Shown: positions 33,901 through 39,811 of the stretch, one piece after another
Position numbering within the stretch: position 1 is the first letter of the stretch
Layout: every line of letters starts with the position of its first letter
The notes under the pieces: model-generated
Seen by the model: only the letters and a program-made list of their open reading frames with translations
Told to the model about the DNA's origin: nothing
The model's database searches: none
Program-made: the position numbers and the translations under genes
Assembly: GCA_035403965.1 (NCBI GenBank)
Contig: DAONGE010000001.1
Coordinates: 11,475 to 75,474 of the forward strand
DNA length: 64,000 nt
Source: Candidatus Omnitrophota bacterium
Lineage (GTDB): Bacteria > Omnitrophota > Gorgyraeia > Tantalellales > Tantalellaceae
Direction of reading: 5' to 3'

Positions 33901-36900
33901 GGAAGGAATGTACGAAGATAGGATCCGGGATATTTTTGATAACGCCTATGATAAAGCGGCTTATTCAGCCGGATACAGGGCAGTGTCGGTATCTGATATC
34001 CGTCTTCCGCGGAAGGCGATGGTATCTGAGGATATGATGATGGCGATATGGTGGGCGGTCTTTTTTATCTCTCCGGTGCTGTCATGGATATTTTTTGAAT
34101 GGCATGACAGAAAAATAGATAAAGGGGAAAAGAAGTTCGAACAGGAAAGATTGGAGCGGTTGAGGCAAAGAAATAAGACTTTGGATCAGACCAAAGGGAA
34201 AGATAAAGAGGAAATTAATGGGGACGCTGATAAGTCTGATAAAGGGCCGTCAAGGCGAGATATATTGAAAATGGGTATTATGTTACCGTTCCTTATGATG
34301 GCTGAACGCGCCGGGGCCGGAGTCACTGAAAAAGATCTCGTTGAAAAGTTCCTGACTGATACTTTATCGAAGTGTGCGGTATCGCTTTTGAGAAAACCCG
34401 GTGATGATCGGGTGTTGCGTGCCGTTGTAAAGAAGATCAGATCTGGCGCGGAAAAGGGGAACGCGGAAATATTGAACGGCATAGCCGATATATTGGAAAC
34501 ATATAACGCGCTTTTGAACGCTGAAAGTCCCGAAGAAGACGAAAAACTAAATGAAAAAGTGAAAGCGCTGACCGTGGAGGTTAACGGTAGATTGTCCGAG
34601 ATAGGTTTATTCACGTTTATTGGGCTTGTCAGAGAGCCGGTTCCGGACGGACAAGGAAGGACAGGTATATATGTTAAATCTTTCAGACTGGAAGAAGCGT
34701 CCGAGTATTTGAAAGAGAAGATAGGAAATGAAAAGTTTTATCTTTTGAAGGGTATAGACACGACCCCGCTTATGGACACAAAAGGTTTTCACGACGAAAA
34801 ACTAGGGTATTCTGCTGTATTTCTTGACTTGGTGGAAAAAGAAGCGGACGCGGTATATGAAGAACTAGGCGGCGAGGATAGAAAAAATAGATCTTCGCTT
34901 GAGAGGGCGTTGGACAAAATACTTAAATGTGAGTTCGCTGGAGTGACGAGGAATGAAATAAAAGAAAAGATATTGAACGCGACGGTTTTGCATGAGTTGG
35001 CGCATATCCCTGATAGAGGGAAACTGGATGAGAACGGAAGCGTTCAGGAGATATACGGTTTACTCGCCGGTGTAACACAGGGAGACGCGCAATATTACGG
35101 GATATATACCCTGGCCAGAATGATAACCCCGGGAGATTTGCCTTTTATCCCGCATGATCTCGCGGCCAGGACTATTTTCGATGGGATGTTGAAGATCCTT
35201 CATTCTGAAGGTAGGGCCGGGGATGTGTCTTTTTCGACTGTGGACGCGGAAGGATTAGACGGGCTTATAAATTATTTATCGGGAATGTCGCGAAAGGACA
35301 TCCTTGATATCGTACAGAAAGTTGAAAACTCCAAAGATAAGGTATTGAGCGGGTCCCGCGTTGTTGCCGGAGCGGCAACAGGCGTAGGAATAACAATAAA
35401 AGACCGGTCAAATGATCCGCTAAAGAATAAAGGCGGGTTGCAGAAAACAGATCCGGGTCTGGAGTTTGATGTTACTTCTTACCAGGTCACGGGTGCGCAG
35501 TATAAAGACAGTATAGTTGTTCTTAGAAATGCCCCGCGGGATAAAAAACAGGTCGTTCCGTTAAAAGTTATACAGCCGTCCAAACTTGATCAGGCCGACA
35601 GACAGAAACTCGCCGGCAATATCCGGAAATGGCTGGAGTATAGAAAAGACATAACTTGGCCGGATGCGGTAGAGAATATCGCGGATCAACTCGAAAGATA
35701 TATAGGCCCTAACATATATTTTGCCGTAACGGATGACATGGAAGTGGAAGGATATATTAAAATCACAACCGTTGGGATGCAACAAATAGAGATAGCTCCG
35801 TGGAACCAGAAAAAACATGGCGATGAGAGAAGATTTTTGGGTGTGGGGAATCAATTGCTGGCGTTTATGGCCGTGAAGTTTTTCAAAGAGCAGGGGCTTG
35901 TGAGGATGTTAGCTCCGAACATGAACACAAAACGAGCTGTCGGAGAAGGGAATATCACTACGATAGATAACCCGCTGGATACCGTGCTTGAACGCGAAGG
36001 GCTTATAAATTTCCTTGATGGGCAGAAAGAGATATTAGAGCGGGTTATCCGGGATTATGCAGCCTCATTCCGGGTTAAAAATGACAATAGACCCCAAAAA
36101 GAGGGATCTTCCGTAAATACCGTGCGAAGTCGTAAAACGGCCGGTTCCGCCGCGCGGTATATATGCGTTCCTACCGTTAAGGAAGGTGAAGAATACCGTT
36201 CATTGACGCCTTTATATGAGATACGATCTGTGTCCGGCGAAAAAACGGAAAAAGAGGGACGGATGGTAAGAAAAGCTGTTCTTATCAGGAAAAGTCCCTA
36301 CCCTGTTTATCAGGAAGAGGTTGAAGGTTTTGTATTCAGAGACAGAGTTTATGCGGAAGAAAAAGTTACAAAATTTCATCGCGATATGCGTTATATGCTT
36401 AACAAAACCCCGGCCAAAATATCGGTTAAAAAAGTCATGGGAATAAGCGAATTGTTCGCGTTGTCAGGACTTCCTATCAGTAAAAATATAGTAAACGGTA
36501 TGATAACAGCCGGATATTTTGTGGATAGGGTCGGTTTTATGAAGGCTTGTAACGAAGAAGGGCTTTCGGCGCAACGTATAGTGAGAGAGGGTATATGCGA
36601 AGAGATGGAAAGAGGGCAGGATCTTGTCTATTCGGAAGTTCTTGCCGGTTTGGTAGATAATGTTCCGTCGGAATCTTCTTTTCTGGTTATGGACAGCGAG
36701 AGCCTGAACAAACCGTTTTCACGTTCGCAATATGGAGTTAGATACAATCTATTTACAAATATTATCATGCGGAATAAACCGGAAACGATAGCGTTCCGGA
36801 ACAAATATTTTGAGATAATGCGGGAACGTGACTATTCAGTTGCGCGGGGGATGGGGTTAGATCTCGCACCGGAAATTTTTACGAAGTATTTGCCTGATCT

Positions 36901-38977
36901 TTATCATGACATGGAAGATTTTTTGATAGATCATGCCCTTCAACCCGAAAAAAGAAAACTGGATAAAGAGATCTTCGCTCTTTTTGAACAAAGTGGTATA
37001 TTCGACGAAAAAGCCCTTGCCGCGGCTGGAAAAGTCGCTTACGAGGCCGATTTGGCGAGAAATAAGGAAGAATATCTAAGGCTTGTAAGGGATCAAAGTC
37101 TCCCGATGCGTAAAAGAGTTCTTGCCTGGTTGCATAACGCGCAAGCGTTCCTTGGGTTTGCTGCGGTAGTTGACGAAGGAATATCTCCGGAAAAATTACG
37201 CGAGCAGCTCCGGCAAACTTTTGGAGAAGGCGCGATTAATTACAATAATATCCCGAAGTCGCTTTTGATCGAAGCTGAGGTGAACGGCGAGAAAAGATAT
37301 TTTCAACTGGTTCTTCCGATAGATGCCAAGTTTGATAAAAAGAAACTAATGTCCGCTATCGGGGCAAAACGTATGACGTTTGTGCAGGGAGAGGACACTG
37401 TGAGAAATATTATAGGATACAAGGTCGGGCTTATACCGCCATTGCCGCTTACTGAAAAACCGATAACCGTTGTTGTTGAAGGATCACTCAGGGAAAAGGT
37501 CCGCTATATTATCATGCCGTACGGAGAACCGGATGAAAGGTTCGCGGTAAATCTGAAAGCGCTTTTGGATTCGATAGAACTTACCGGCATACATAGCGTG
37601 CGTTTCGCGGATTTTATTGTAAGTCCAGACGGATCCGCTGAAGTGATTAACGCTTCTGAAACGGCGGGGTCTGGTGCGAAAGAAGTGCCAAACGCTTCAA
37701 AGGGGATGATGGACGCTGAAATAGACGCGTTATGGACCGGAGCTTTGGTGGAATGTACGCGTAAGAACCACATGGATTCAGAAAATGATGTTGTTGAAAA
37801 AATGAGGGCTTTTGATAAAAGCGCTCACGCGCTTTTCAGATATTTTCTGGCGTTAAGGATAGCCAAAAAAGTATGTAAAATGAAACCTTCGGTATCAAGG
37901 ATATGGCTTTTTGGTGATGTAGGGAATGGTGCGGTTGATAACATGACCCCCGGGGCCGATCTGGATTTTATAGTAGAAGTTGAAAATAAAGGGGAATGCG
38001 ATGGGGTCAAGCGGCTGCTTGACGAAATAAACCGTAAAGTGACCGCAAAATTTAACAGCATGATGTATGGAACAGGGATAAATGTTTCAGAACTCATTGA
38101 GCTCTCAAATGTGGAAAGAGTACTTTCAAAAGAAGCGGTTGATGCGAAGAAAGGGATAGCGATGCTTGTCGGGTCTTATAGTGAGCCCGCCTCGTTGATA
38201 TATGAAAGAGATCCGGACGAGAACGCGATGATACCAGTGCGTGGTGTATTGGATGATAAGGGTGTCGTATCCATTGGAGGTCAAAACGATAGAAATGAGG
38301 TCGAAGAGACAGCTCGAGCACAGAATCTGGCATATACATTGAAGATGTGTGCGGATTCGGAGTATGAGCGTGTTTTAAAGATCCCGGCGGAAAACCGCAA
38401 ACAGAGTTCAGATATACTGATCGCGATCGAGACCGAAGAGATTAACGAAGCCGCGAACACCGGATGGATACCGTTCGAGCAGTTAAACGATATGCAGGGT
38501 TTAACGGTCGCTGTTAAAAGGTTTGTGGAAAAAATGCGCAATGAGAAAATGATAACCAATGTCAGGGTGGTGTATGGGAGTAAAGACACGCTGGCAAGGG
38601 AGATGGAAAAAGCTGTCAAAGAGATGCCGAACCTGTCATATGGTAACATTGTGTTGTTCGGCAGTGAAGGAACGATAAAAGGGGCGGACGCATTTAAAAC
38701 ATATCGGGATAATAACGCTTTTCTCGCGTGCGTGGACCCGTCGGACATTAAGGGCGGAGATAAATACATACGTTATCTTGAGACGCTGGAAGTGGCTCTA
38801 AATCTGGCGTTTAAAAGATATTCAATAGATGAAATGAGAGAAAAGCATAAATTCATTGGTATCGAGCCCATCTCCGGGCGTATTGTGCGTTTTATTCCTC
38901 ACGCGGCGCCTATAGATACCGAGGAGCCGTCCAGGATCTATCAAAATCAGATCAAGCGCCTTGAGATGCAGGCTTGA
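18998..38977 (+). CDS. giant multi-domain mosaic protein 1 (6,659 aa): signal/TM, S2P-like protease motif, PLP fold-II domain, TPR/helical arrays, 2 Kdo/RIO-like kinase folds, ATP-grasp, 2 GNAT, HExxH, YbaK-like, MNT nucleotidyltransferase
   Basis: Single uninterrupted 19,980-nt ORF. N-terminal hydrophobic signal MPNYLKKIISIVIIVTFVADPNIALA. Individual modules are listed below as separate features. Four copies of the separator motif. Confidence 0.8.
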   Translation: MPNYLKKIISIVIIVTFVADPNIALAADSGIFNKQNDSSTLSPTLRMKSIDVNKEEKALNTTGIDEKDNISEDFRAQSRFLYVAGEIGKAIAKKEQLKLPMDDIQRIIIEKVPDIDATGFNYKKIGLKEGRYSLDYVDNDKPLLTLNYYFVKGDLAQGQIKVADVSEKGLLVFECNMPGMDGIASIKEKETSEPKIQNSVHKRIRMSKDEKRDVGEINAQNNGIDRKALRFTNVLEKRLNRVFTAAAVRQKTGRKVEIKITPVLRYGNNEAAAWTRGFTMRATRSDMTIIHEYSMVFDRTDLKEFLFTVRHDISRIEGLNDIADIPEWEDLMYDLALQPRTMDEATVVNTAQMEITKRYYRFNDPENLYVEHPAPVIFFSPVVNLLDIFPITVMMDIDGKPFYFLERNLGLVGLTMNSGVPHMVRFTQFEYAGRIRNGIEIVRFTDNYEPTAFILRGYIDLEKGFQIIHYTREENEMNKIRLPGMRNEVLEIEAMCNLWPRLSEEITRDKTETMTSEENKKNKKPELAPLYRDMGVILGTLVGAGLLYGQFGITGIPVAAAISVLTLLPGWLIHEIGHLIGRPFGKEAEIRAGPIASLLLFSAAIIPAIVLHSYGFPSVIIDVAAANYFVHIFADGQSLLKRSGFLHPEDVNDANIPEREDQDELTPGQKLINKIKEVSARGLADYGVIKTPLIPLDKISGMMSFNRKERKVFLKDEAWQTGGSFKARGVSVEVDDAIRSRIEAIIAEEPHLQEIKASGKTPLKERPFYIVTQTTGNHGIALINAVNVAIKIYSEKYPEYKEAITNFEPVIFTIKNLPEIKFKLMTEAVEIYRKTSGKTESETIRNYYENYNKALTAREEFLREHSEDAVYMEHGGLAIMAGHATAGIEIDEQLTEEFGIGKDKNVVVIVPVGAGGPIGIGAGVKLNGRNVTFIAVGTKEYDAIIRSIDSSKVEWNKANPSPTAFIKGKPIIYPDGIAVDKSEKSAVDVARDFVDEKFVTSDKKGLNRAAPLLYSDLESYYMERAKPLAVGGTTAATLEALIENKGNEIMKNADVIVLFGTEGNVDPDITEYIYGLNSGNEPLKFGENGELTTQLIGKLKGYDIAARENIHGQRYSQAEVFIEKQRWVLKNAAAWDKEAVDQARYVIGNYLSLVNSYCRAMKNENDQKIKTDMIESCEKLLKNTTSLYEKFKREGKILGCGAYIISAYTNLAGQYGNEDFYKIERLLDTAKEILDQGAADRYGDITTEGAREVIPPITKQAEFIITGYMKLAGKMKWQDDFANALRIAEKARDLLAKYRDAPGVENVFYDVGIFYVNLAAIYRDRFRDIVFSMAMLMKAESIRIEFGEYNSAQKGHSTGNRALSSSIINGYTLTARKFSEKKQYAAAVHAIRRSGVLTWRYGTDEYKENRDIVGLMVLANAVSNILRRDVLENKQEYLNNLNDAKRILWISAQVLRKYDTPSVKAQVEYLVSAYTNLSYSYKTVGEYGLCGDVLERVERILRSYPDQQSVRDQAEFVVSSFANLAGAYREAGDLETAEKFLNRAYKVFLNFIGEYSVQRQKKFMIDDHMRLSQAFEVKGDRQKAVELSDKALKIAQTKLDVEKHKRLRAMGPIPFEMFIVFLAYGSIYKHRKEIIDFIHSKGYLRLEKAVRLLIPDLSKYRVTEWLHESLQNISIGLTIKPVAIDQGMWDLEQRIPERGQSEEAKFIEMFGGHSEEVLEFITEERNCSEISGFSIKNVKHFETAENVSRNVYRIELVLKGGHNHVFYVREYRSTDGESQIGELDWITGPIRRMTDRVEKAAAAGMVAPYARLFIDRGRCLFVQDEAQGIPVKEFIKDEETALLAAESIGYALGRLHGLGIEHGDLEIERKGSPEHNHIFIHEENDGVTANFIDFYERPFSFWRRGKVKIFGEEDDLLNKLEKYVFGKIGSENRAENEIADVFTKAYIKGNVSVGEKYRPSLVAKIKMALGKFKEKVADRMLVHKIMANSVEAIHDEERLIEASGGEARIVRSANHGTQGTVQTGEADGENIVAADNEKNEGTVTAVNGAVVLGFSQANCWTPLALYAGLLIYSELYKHRKAIIDFIHSKGYLRLEKGVRILLPDLSKYRVTRMFHKSLMNMSIGGTIKETDESNKYDLEIRARLSEVDAYIGSNELDSAEKALKRAQSILFKYVGLYPDDANIRYIVLQFISAYGSLAENAISVGDSRESLEMAFRAYNAQYRILSLKAVQEEDRNKLVVHAMVGIAKLCGSFLDLSSGAQIARACAMAERAQEIFTENRNIQKVKKRAATCVKAFCKVSEAYSKSEKYDDALSMVDKAARALKNNEKEKGVRGLMREVVRLYMSGLDEMCGNEDKLKKLMNEFRDRLKSDPSDPVTEMIFAYMMLISGNTSNAVAYAMDGITNSDNVLLDIGNQIVRTGNMIEMIGKVQDAAELIDLRIRIEEELSPGNLKDRCISEWDKRNAQLGGSEYVALNKQEHVLTVPGDGAKTVLNSVSVQEGEKRNDLPRRALIELYRQIDECMKGFYDAVSHNETDKAEGLLGKAKEALDEIIEEYPDAHYLKTKFQTICIGYIKLGGVMAGQDKSMQDLSKAFRAFNAEHEMLVDAKYAAYRELKDIDNVLIRLMGRWRKLGRSFLQYSSKESTSIDTSAKAIEKSIEIFDMYKAGGGLPISAQDYVNDLCDISDAYIYSKSDNKAEEAMKATAAAEKLAMDNRSGYDSMEMLCKVIRQYQKCIIISCDNMKNVKRLISEFGGRTEKNKMDAVASGALSLLYLISGESAQMIACLDLAQYSINDRMKILDEAAKFLDEYSKRNPDDKTANFVRLQIWERCRVPDGSTLQEETEEEHLKMFLSHLNERYKLFTGYCEVFFDTKKAESLAWKYMISYTRLCKLLLDKNTEDGIKHAEEAGTLAFEIFARYEDSIEISNQKKYQIANCRRLFNIYLKGNKPEDAFVMIDRERRLFGLDMAEPDVSREIMTQYVEVVDSVKDDPEKINDVMERLKEIRKNDVFASAVLAYICLCFGKNTELNRENYIDDLRKRGNEYLAELARQMTIMRVLIKKIKEASDIGEINKIEKERKEEIYILFLLRIGEEWEKLQREKMRRGERRRADQDAESVESQQKVSKTQVEASQVVVPSQEELPVTVVATETPKKRDEVGLPVKSANTPSKSGRKTKKEIAFEKNKGSKDKRIDELMEVIDAKNPDEVIRLGRILEEKRKKSVRKGDAKGTERLEQAIVKGEGFLKRIGLDGSAIRAHAVMPFGFAQADSWAPLCLYAGLLIYTALYKHREAIIDFIHSKGYLRLEKGVRIILPDFSKYRITRALHESLLNASIGLTIKRIKNKTAGISSSELSVEEAAGLLTAWINTPPEERIKSVFQPVWSQDNSLLGKYNTNGQKVTVTPAVLYFDPMLAIAKSIITYKEKEPQEAERYVIQAMSGKAFEELCQKDVRDALISCGYDAFFKNGTIELVEKEGREELLYPNGTNVAIFPGSLLGFVTALYWAKEGRFGEVNMLIVPPVNGLCFGENNPDKLYAKRAIFINRENHIVKVEFKDLLPIHGLAYAGIYSNPATMNEIMSKDFPVINLPIIIEMAQDKELFNTFLKNNGISVPEQLAIDIDDTRNIKSRMTDFIKNLKRKDGIVVKPFAASGGQDVLMFRNDEIDKAAGHCKKLLKKGNKVVVEGRIVNEIWIDSSQGHIDWNLRVLATWDNGNIVISPDLIEVRYQKFSDGPVNKSKGAEVITLNKFFDIQGYSKKQREQFLQGVKEFITGASMAIERVAENKKGKREYISKVSGLIGWDIMLGRDGKWKVIEANAGSVGGISTIEKLLPIEQKGGAVIPVARYMAQNAIAYRERLSKIPQDKEGESFNVIADPFMMNNLAWTAVEESYLQIAGEIACYLLGMNERRKDNSAINFDILAKVSLMRKDYNQAKYFAEQAIKIDPNDIDMQRQYVYCLAMLNESDEVIKICKRLVRKYLSDWYIWTIMGDSYRLNMDDKKAIKAYEKAVKIYCDKGQTYSKIGDAYSRLKNYEKSADAFRRALEVNPNNRYVWARLSDEYETLGCKDLSDYITAEVFDKLDEGESPKIEWSNILEHLKSGERIVATKHREMAGTHAVFAFGLGQANCWTPLALYAGLLIYTALYKHREAIIDFIHSKGYLRLEKVARILLPDLSSLKFKKYLSEKISDLTADMINTITGSVKNKVDGKKMQIPSDRLPRKASTFEHNAQYGARGKGPGGIDHGTTAGGKKIDSGVITEQRAKEFVDKSELTLKGDDGEEYLFLLQSREDMAEGAYTISVINNKRERVAKLDVGKNVVEEGFEGMYDNAIVVREDLKRRNIGAILFKLAMYIAKADGFEKFFVNWVDSANEPENAFYTAIGFKETYEGSGDYYFDLKDLVSGNKTVEKISFPLYDIQVTRDPVTGRMIREEVYDYMPLAATSEKRYLYSVRVYGPDRLLSEARYYDNSGKLIKVAANDYEFFSDMYSRWMDMNPFTAKDVLISYVEHAKGRALNNDEIKQIDRFVVAVFDRDLMGFINSYSKSEEGYPYFCHKAADDIYDTLRSKGIAVRTVWYGIHKVAEADVAGIRFVLDGAAAQFEKMRDNAISIVADAFRGTGIVIIPSDLAREIPFCNLIYKNDLGGGEVGKIYDPLTGREFLLNAMFNFLLVKQEGSEITVDLETGGPVVGEIDSRPEERLRVLRDYYTLSDKPDEFDKLLERRSVADREMLERAKTVAAYNAERGEKRMDQPEQEPGRIFKEIFGGSAEEVLYFATQRSDRSGILSFVRTILKHQPLRQFVEMNEYRNEIVMTNGVKYVFDTKEYSFDHGKGANITDIVDAVAVSVDKTRMAFGLGFAPQTDMVILGGKLVVLQEPVKGVMFSGYAQSPADLIRSVEAIGCALGQMHRNGILHGNIEISGGNKEERESVYIDETSGVPKAYFIDFGGELVVGAKKEFLGEKKKLISDILKYASDHFPREGMYEDRIRDIFDNAYDKAAYSAGYRAVSVSDIRLPRKAMVSEDMMMAIWWAVFFISPVLSWIFFEWHDRKIDKGEKKFEQERLERLRQRNKTLDQTKGKDKEEINGDADKSDKGPSRRDILKMGIMLPFLMMAERAGAGVTEKDLVEKFLTDTLSKCAVSLLRKPGDDRVLRAVVKKIRSGAEKGNAEILNGIADILETYNALLNAESPEEDEKLNEKVKALTVEVNGRLSEIGLFTFIGLVREPVPDGQGRTGIYVKSFRLEEASEYLKEKIGNEKFYLLKGIDTTPLMDTKGFHDEKLGYSAVFLDLVEKEADAVYEELGGEDRKNRSSLERALDKILKCEFAGVTRNEIKEKILNATVLHELAHIPDRGKLDENGSVQEIYGLLAGVTQGDAQYYGIYTLARMITPGDLPFIPHDLAARTIFDGMLKILHSEGRAGDVSFSTVDAEGLDGLINYLSGMSRKDILDIVQKVENSKDKVLSGSRVVAGAATGVGITIKDRSNDPLKNKGGLQKTDPGLEFDVTSYQVTGAQYKDSIVVLRNAPRDKKQVVPLKVIQPSKLDQADRQKLAGNIRKWLEYRKDITWPDAVENIADQLERYIGPNIYFAVTDDMEVEGYIKITTVGMQQIEIAPWNQKKHGDERRFLGVGNQLLAFMAVKFFKEQGLVRMLAPNMNTKRAVGEGNITTIDNPLDTVLEREGLINFLDGQKEILERVIRDYAASFRVKNDNRPQKEGSSVNTVRSRKTAGSAARYICVPTVKEGEEYRSLTPLYEIRSVSGEKTEKEGRMVRKAVLIRKSPYPVYQEEVEGFVFRDRVYAEEKVTKFHRDMRYMLNKTPAKISVKKVMGISELFALSGLPISKNIVNGMITAGYFVDRVGFMKACNEEGLSAQRIVREGICEEMERGQDLVYSEVLAGLVDNVPSESSFLVMDSESLNKPFSRSQYGVRYNLFTNIIMRNKPETIAFRNKYFEIMRERDYSVARGMGLDLAPEIFTKYLPDLYHDMEDFLIDHALQPEKRKLDKEIFALFEQSGIFDEKALAAAGKVAYEADLARNKEEYLRLVRDQSLPMRKRVLAWLHNAQAFLGFAAVVDEGISPEKLREQLRQTFGEGAINYNNIPKSLLIEAEVNGEKRYFQLVLPIDAKFDKKKLMSAIGAKRMTFVQGEDTVRNIIGYKVGLIPPLPLTEKPITVVVEGSLREKVRYIIMPYGEPDERFAVNLKALLDSIELTGIHSVRFADFIVSPDGSAEVINASETAGSGAKEVPNASKGMMDAEIDALWTGALVECTRKNHMDSENDVVEKMRAFDKSAHALFRYFLALRIAKKVCKMKPSVSRIWLFGDVGNGAVDNMTPGADLDFIVEVENKGECDGVKRLLDEINRKVTAKFNSMMYGTGINVSELIELSNVERVLSKEAVDAKKGIAMLVGSYSEPASLIYERDPDENAMIPVRGVLDDKGVVSIGGQNDRNEVEETARAQNLAYTLKMCADSEYERVLKIPAENRKQSSDILIAIETEEINEAANTGWIPFEQLNDMQGLTVAVKRFVEKMRNEKMITNVRVVYGSKDTLAREMEKAVKEMPNLSYGNIVLFGSEGTIKGADAFKTYRDNNAFLACVDPSDIKGGDKYIRYLETLEVALNLAFKRYSIDEMREKHKFIGIEPISGRIVRFIPHAAPIDTEEPSRIYQNQIKRLEMQA
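20580..20910 (+). other. site-2-protease (M50)-like intramembrane metalloprotease module inside giant gene 1
   Basis: Three hydrophobic helices. HExxH inside a helix (LIHEIGHLIG, 20717-20731). Downstream N-x7-DG motif (AANYFVHIFADG, ~20896) has the same spacing as the S2P NxxPxxxLDG motif. Confidence 0.45.
21090..22110 (+). other. fold-type II PLP-dependent enzyme domain (Trp-synthase beta / Thr dehydratase superfamily)
   Basis: GGSFKARG lysine motif (21161-21184), TGNHGIAL, Gly-rich loop PVGAGGPIGIG. Confidence 0.6.
23826..24040 (+). repeat. separator motif A1 (hydrophobic helix + KHRKEIIDFIHSKGYLRLEK .. GLTIK)
   Basis: MFIVFLAYGSIYKHRKEIIDFIHSKGYLRLEKAVRLLIPDLSKYRVTEWLHESLQNISIGLTIK. Confidence 0.7.
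24240..24720 (+). other. protein-kinase-like fold module 1 (Kdo/RIO/LPS-kinase-like)
   Basis: LGRLHGLGIEHGDLEIE (catalytic HGD) and FIDFYE (DFG-like) at ~24560-24685. Confidence 0.45.
25150..25385 (+). repeat. separator motif A2
   Basis: ANCWTPLALYAGLLIYSELYKHRKAIIDFIHSKGYLRLEKGVRILLPDLSKYRVTR..SIGGTIK. About 88% nt identity to A3 and A4. Confidence 0.7.
28770..29008 (+). repeat. separator motif A3
   Basis: ADSWAPLCLYAGLLIYTALYKHREAIIDFIHSKGYLRLEKGVRIILPDFSKYRITR..SIGLTIK. Confidence 0.7.
29750..30480 (+). other. ATP-grasp domain module (RimK / glutathione-synthetase-like)
   Basis: GIVVKPFAASGGQDVLMF (ATP-binding loop region) .. WKVIEANAGSVGG (Mg/ATP-binding strand). Confidence 0.5.
30640..31170 (+). 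other. TPR repeat array
   Basis: Four or five 34-aa units with W/LG/Y/A/F/A/P positions (KDYNQAKYFAEQAIKIDPND.., DWYIWTIMGDSYRL.., GQTYSKIGDAYSRLKNYEKSADAFRRALEVNPNN). Confidence 0.6.
31335..31500 (+). repeat. separator motif A4 (lacks the KYRxT..GLTIK tail)
   Basis: ANCWTPLALYAGLLIYTALYKHREAIIDFIHSKGYLRLEKVARILLPDLS. Confidence 0.65.
31800..32130 (+). other. GNAT N-acetyltransferase module
   Basis: Acetyl-CoA motif A IVVREDLKRRNIGAILFKLAM .. FYTAIGFKE. Confidence 0.5.
33420..33850 (+). other. protein-kinase-like fold module 2
   Basis: GCALGQMHRNGILHGNIEISGG .. YFIDFGG. The catalytic Asp is replaced by Asn, so it may be a pseudokinase. Confidence 0.4.
34985..35015 (+). other. HExxH zinc-metallopeptidase-like motif (LHELAHIPD)
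   Basis: CATGAGTTGGCGCAT at 34991-35005. Context TVLHELAHIPDRGKLDENG resembles short WLM/M48-like minimal metalloprotease cores. Confidence 0.3.
35740..35950 (+). other. GNAT-like module 2
   Basis: EGYIKITTVG..RRFLGVGNQLLAFMAVKFFKEQGL. Confidence 0.35.
37270..37620 (+). other. YbaK/ProX-like aminoacyl-tRNA deacylase-fold module
   Basis: IGYKVGLIPPLPL matches the GYxxGxIxPxG signature of the YbaK/ProX editing domain. Confidence 0.4.
37900..37985 (+). other. minimal nucleotidyltransferase (Pol-beta-like NTase) module
   Basis: LFGDVGNGAVDNMTPGADLDFIVEV carries the G[SD]x9-13[DE]h[DE]h signature. Confidence 0.5.
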
Positions 38978-39059
38978 TCTAATCCCGCATCGATGTATTA
39001 TTGCATTTTATGTTATGTCAAATCTCTGTTATTTGTGATTTCACGAATTTTTTATTATT

Positions 39060-39147
39060 ATGCCGGATCATATCCACGATATTATTTCGATCGTAGGGCG
39101 GGGTTTCCCCGCCCAGAATACGTCGGGCGCGGAGACCGCGCCCCTAT
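39060..39147 (+). repeat. ~90-bp duplicated fragment of the Y1 transposase gene (HuH-motif codons + REP-like double hairpin)
   Basis: 39060-39147 is ~95% identical to 39502-39590 (ATGCCGGATCATATCCACGRTATTATTTCGATCGTAGGG..CGTCGGGCGCGGAGACCGCGCCCCTA). No RBS precedes it. Confidence 0.6.
39093..39147. repeat. REP-like element copy 1 (two hairpins: GGGCGGGG-TTT-CCCCGCCC and GGGCGCG-GAGAC-CGCGCCC)
   Basis: Perfect 8-bp and 7-bp GC stems read directly from the sequence. Confidence 0.65.
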
Positions 39148-39263
39148 GTTTAAATTGTTTGTGTATTTTTTTGATGCCACCGTCCGCGGGAACGCAAAAT
39201 AAAATTATAAAAATTGAACGAATTTGTCCCCAAAATGTGTCTATAAATATAAGGGGAATTAAT

Positions 39264-39788
39264 ATGGGCGAACCAATATATCCGGCCTTGCGACGGAGGT
39301 ACTCGTTGCGATTGAAGGGGTATGATTATTCTTCAATTGGGACATATTATGTGACCATTTGCGTCAAAGATCGCGAGAATATTTTTGGTGAGATCAGAAG
39401 AGATAAAATTATTCTTAATGAGAATGGGATAATTGTACGTGATTATTGGAACGATCTTAAAAAACATTTTTTAAATATCAAAATTGGTTCTTTTGTTATT
39501 ATGCCGGATCATATCCACGGTATTATTTCGATCGTAGGGGCGGGGTTTCCCCGCCCTGAATACGTCGGGCGCGGAGACCGCGCCCCTACGTTGGGAGATA
39601 TTGTCGCGTATTTTAAATATGGAACGACGAGGGATATAAATTTTAACAAAAAAACACCAGGTATGCACTTATGGCAGCGAAATTATTATGAACATATAAT
39701 TCGTAATGAATCGGAATTAAATGAGGTCCGGGAATACATAATTAATAACCCTCTGAAATCTGAGATTTTTCTCGATAAATTTATGTAA
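39264..39788 (+). CDS. tnpA: IS200-like / REP-associated Y1 (HuH) transposase, with an in-frame REP-encoded insertion
   Basis: YYVTICVKDREN, HuH motif IMPDHIHGII, C-terminal LWQRNYYEHIIRNESEL..YIINNP with the catalytic Tyr. A 17-aa insertion GAGFPRPEYVGRGDRAP sits between the HuH motif and the next helix and is encoded exactly by the REP hairpins. AAGGGGA RBS precedes ATG 39264. Confidence 0.75.
   Translation: MGEPIYPALRRRYSLRLKGYDYSSIGTYYVTICVKDRENIFGEIRRDKIILNENGIIVRDYWNDLKKHFLNIKIGSFVIMPDHIHGIISIVGAGFPRPEYVGRGDRAPTLGDIVAYFKYGTTRDINFNKKTPGMHLWQRNYYEHIIRNESELNEVREYIINNPLKSEIFLDKFM
39534..39590. repeat. REP-like element copy 2, located in-frame inside the transposase CDS
   Basis: GTAGGGGCGGGGTTTCCCCGCCCTGAATACGTCGGGCGCGGAGACCGCGCCCCTACG. 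Confidence 0.65.
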
Positions 39789-39811
39789 TGACGAATATGT
39801 CCTGATTTCCA

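Noticed and set aside
19006-38769. Dozens of 60-190-aa minus-strand ORFs across giant gene 1 (and equivalents across giant gene 2, the hybrid kinase and carB)
   Set aside because: All overlap long, motif-rich sense ORFs and are low-complexity or start-less. Expected frame noise opposite A/G-rich codons.
39060-39263. Longer 242-aa version of the transposase starting at ATG 39060
   Set aside because: The frame is open, but the upstream part is a duplicated gene fragment with no RBS, whereas ATG 39264 has AAGGGGA at proper spacing. The extension would prepend a second, truncated HuH motif.
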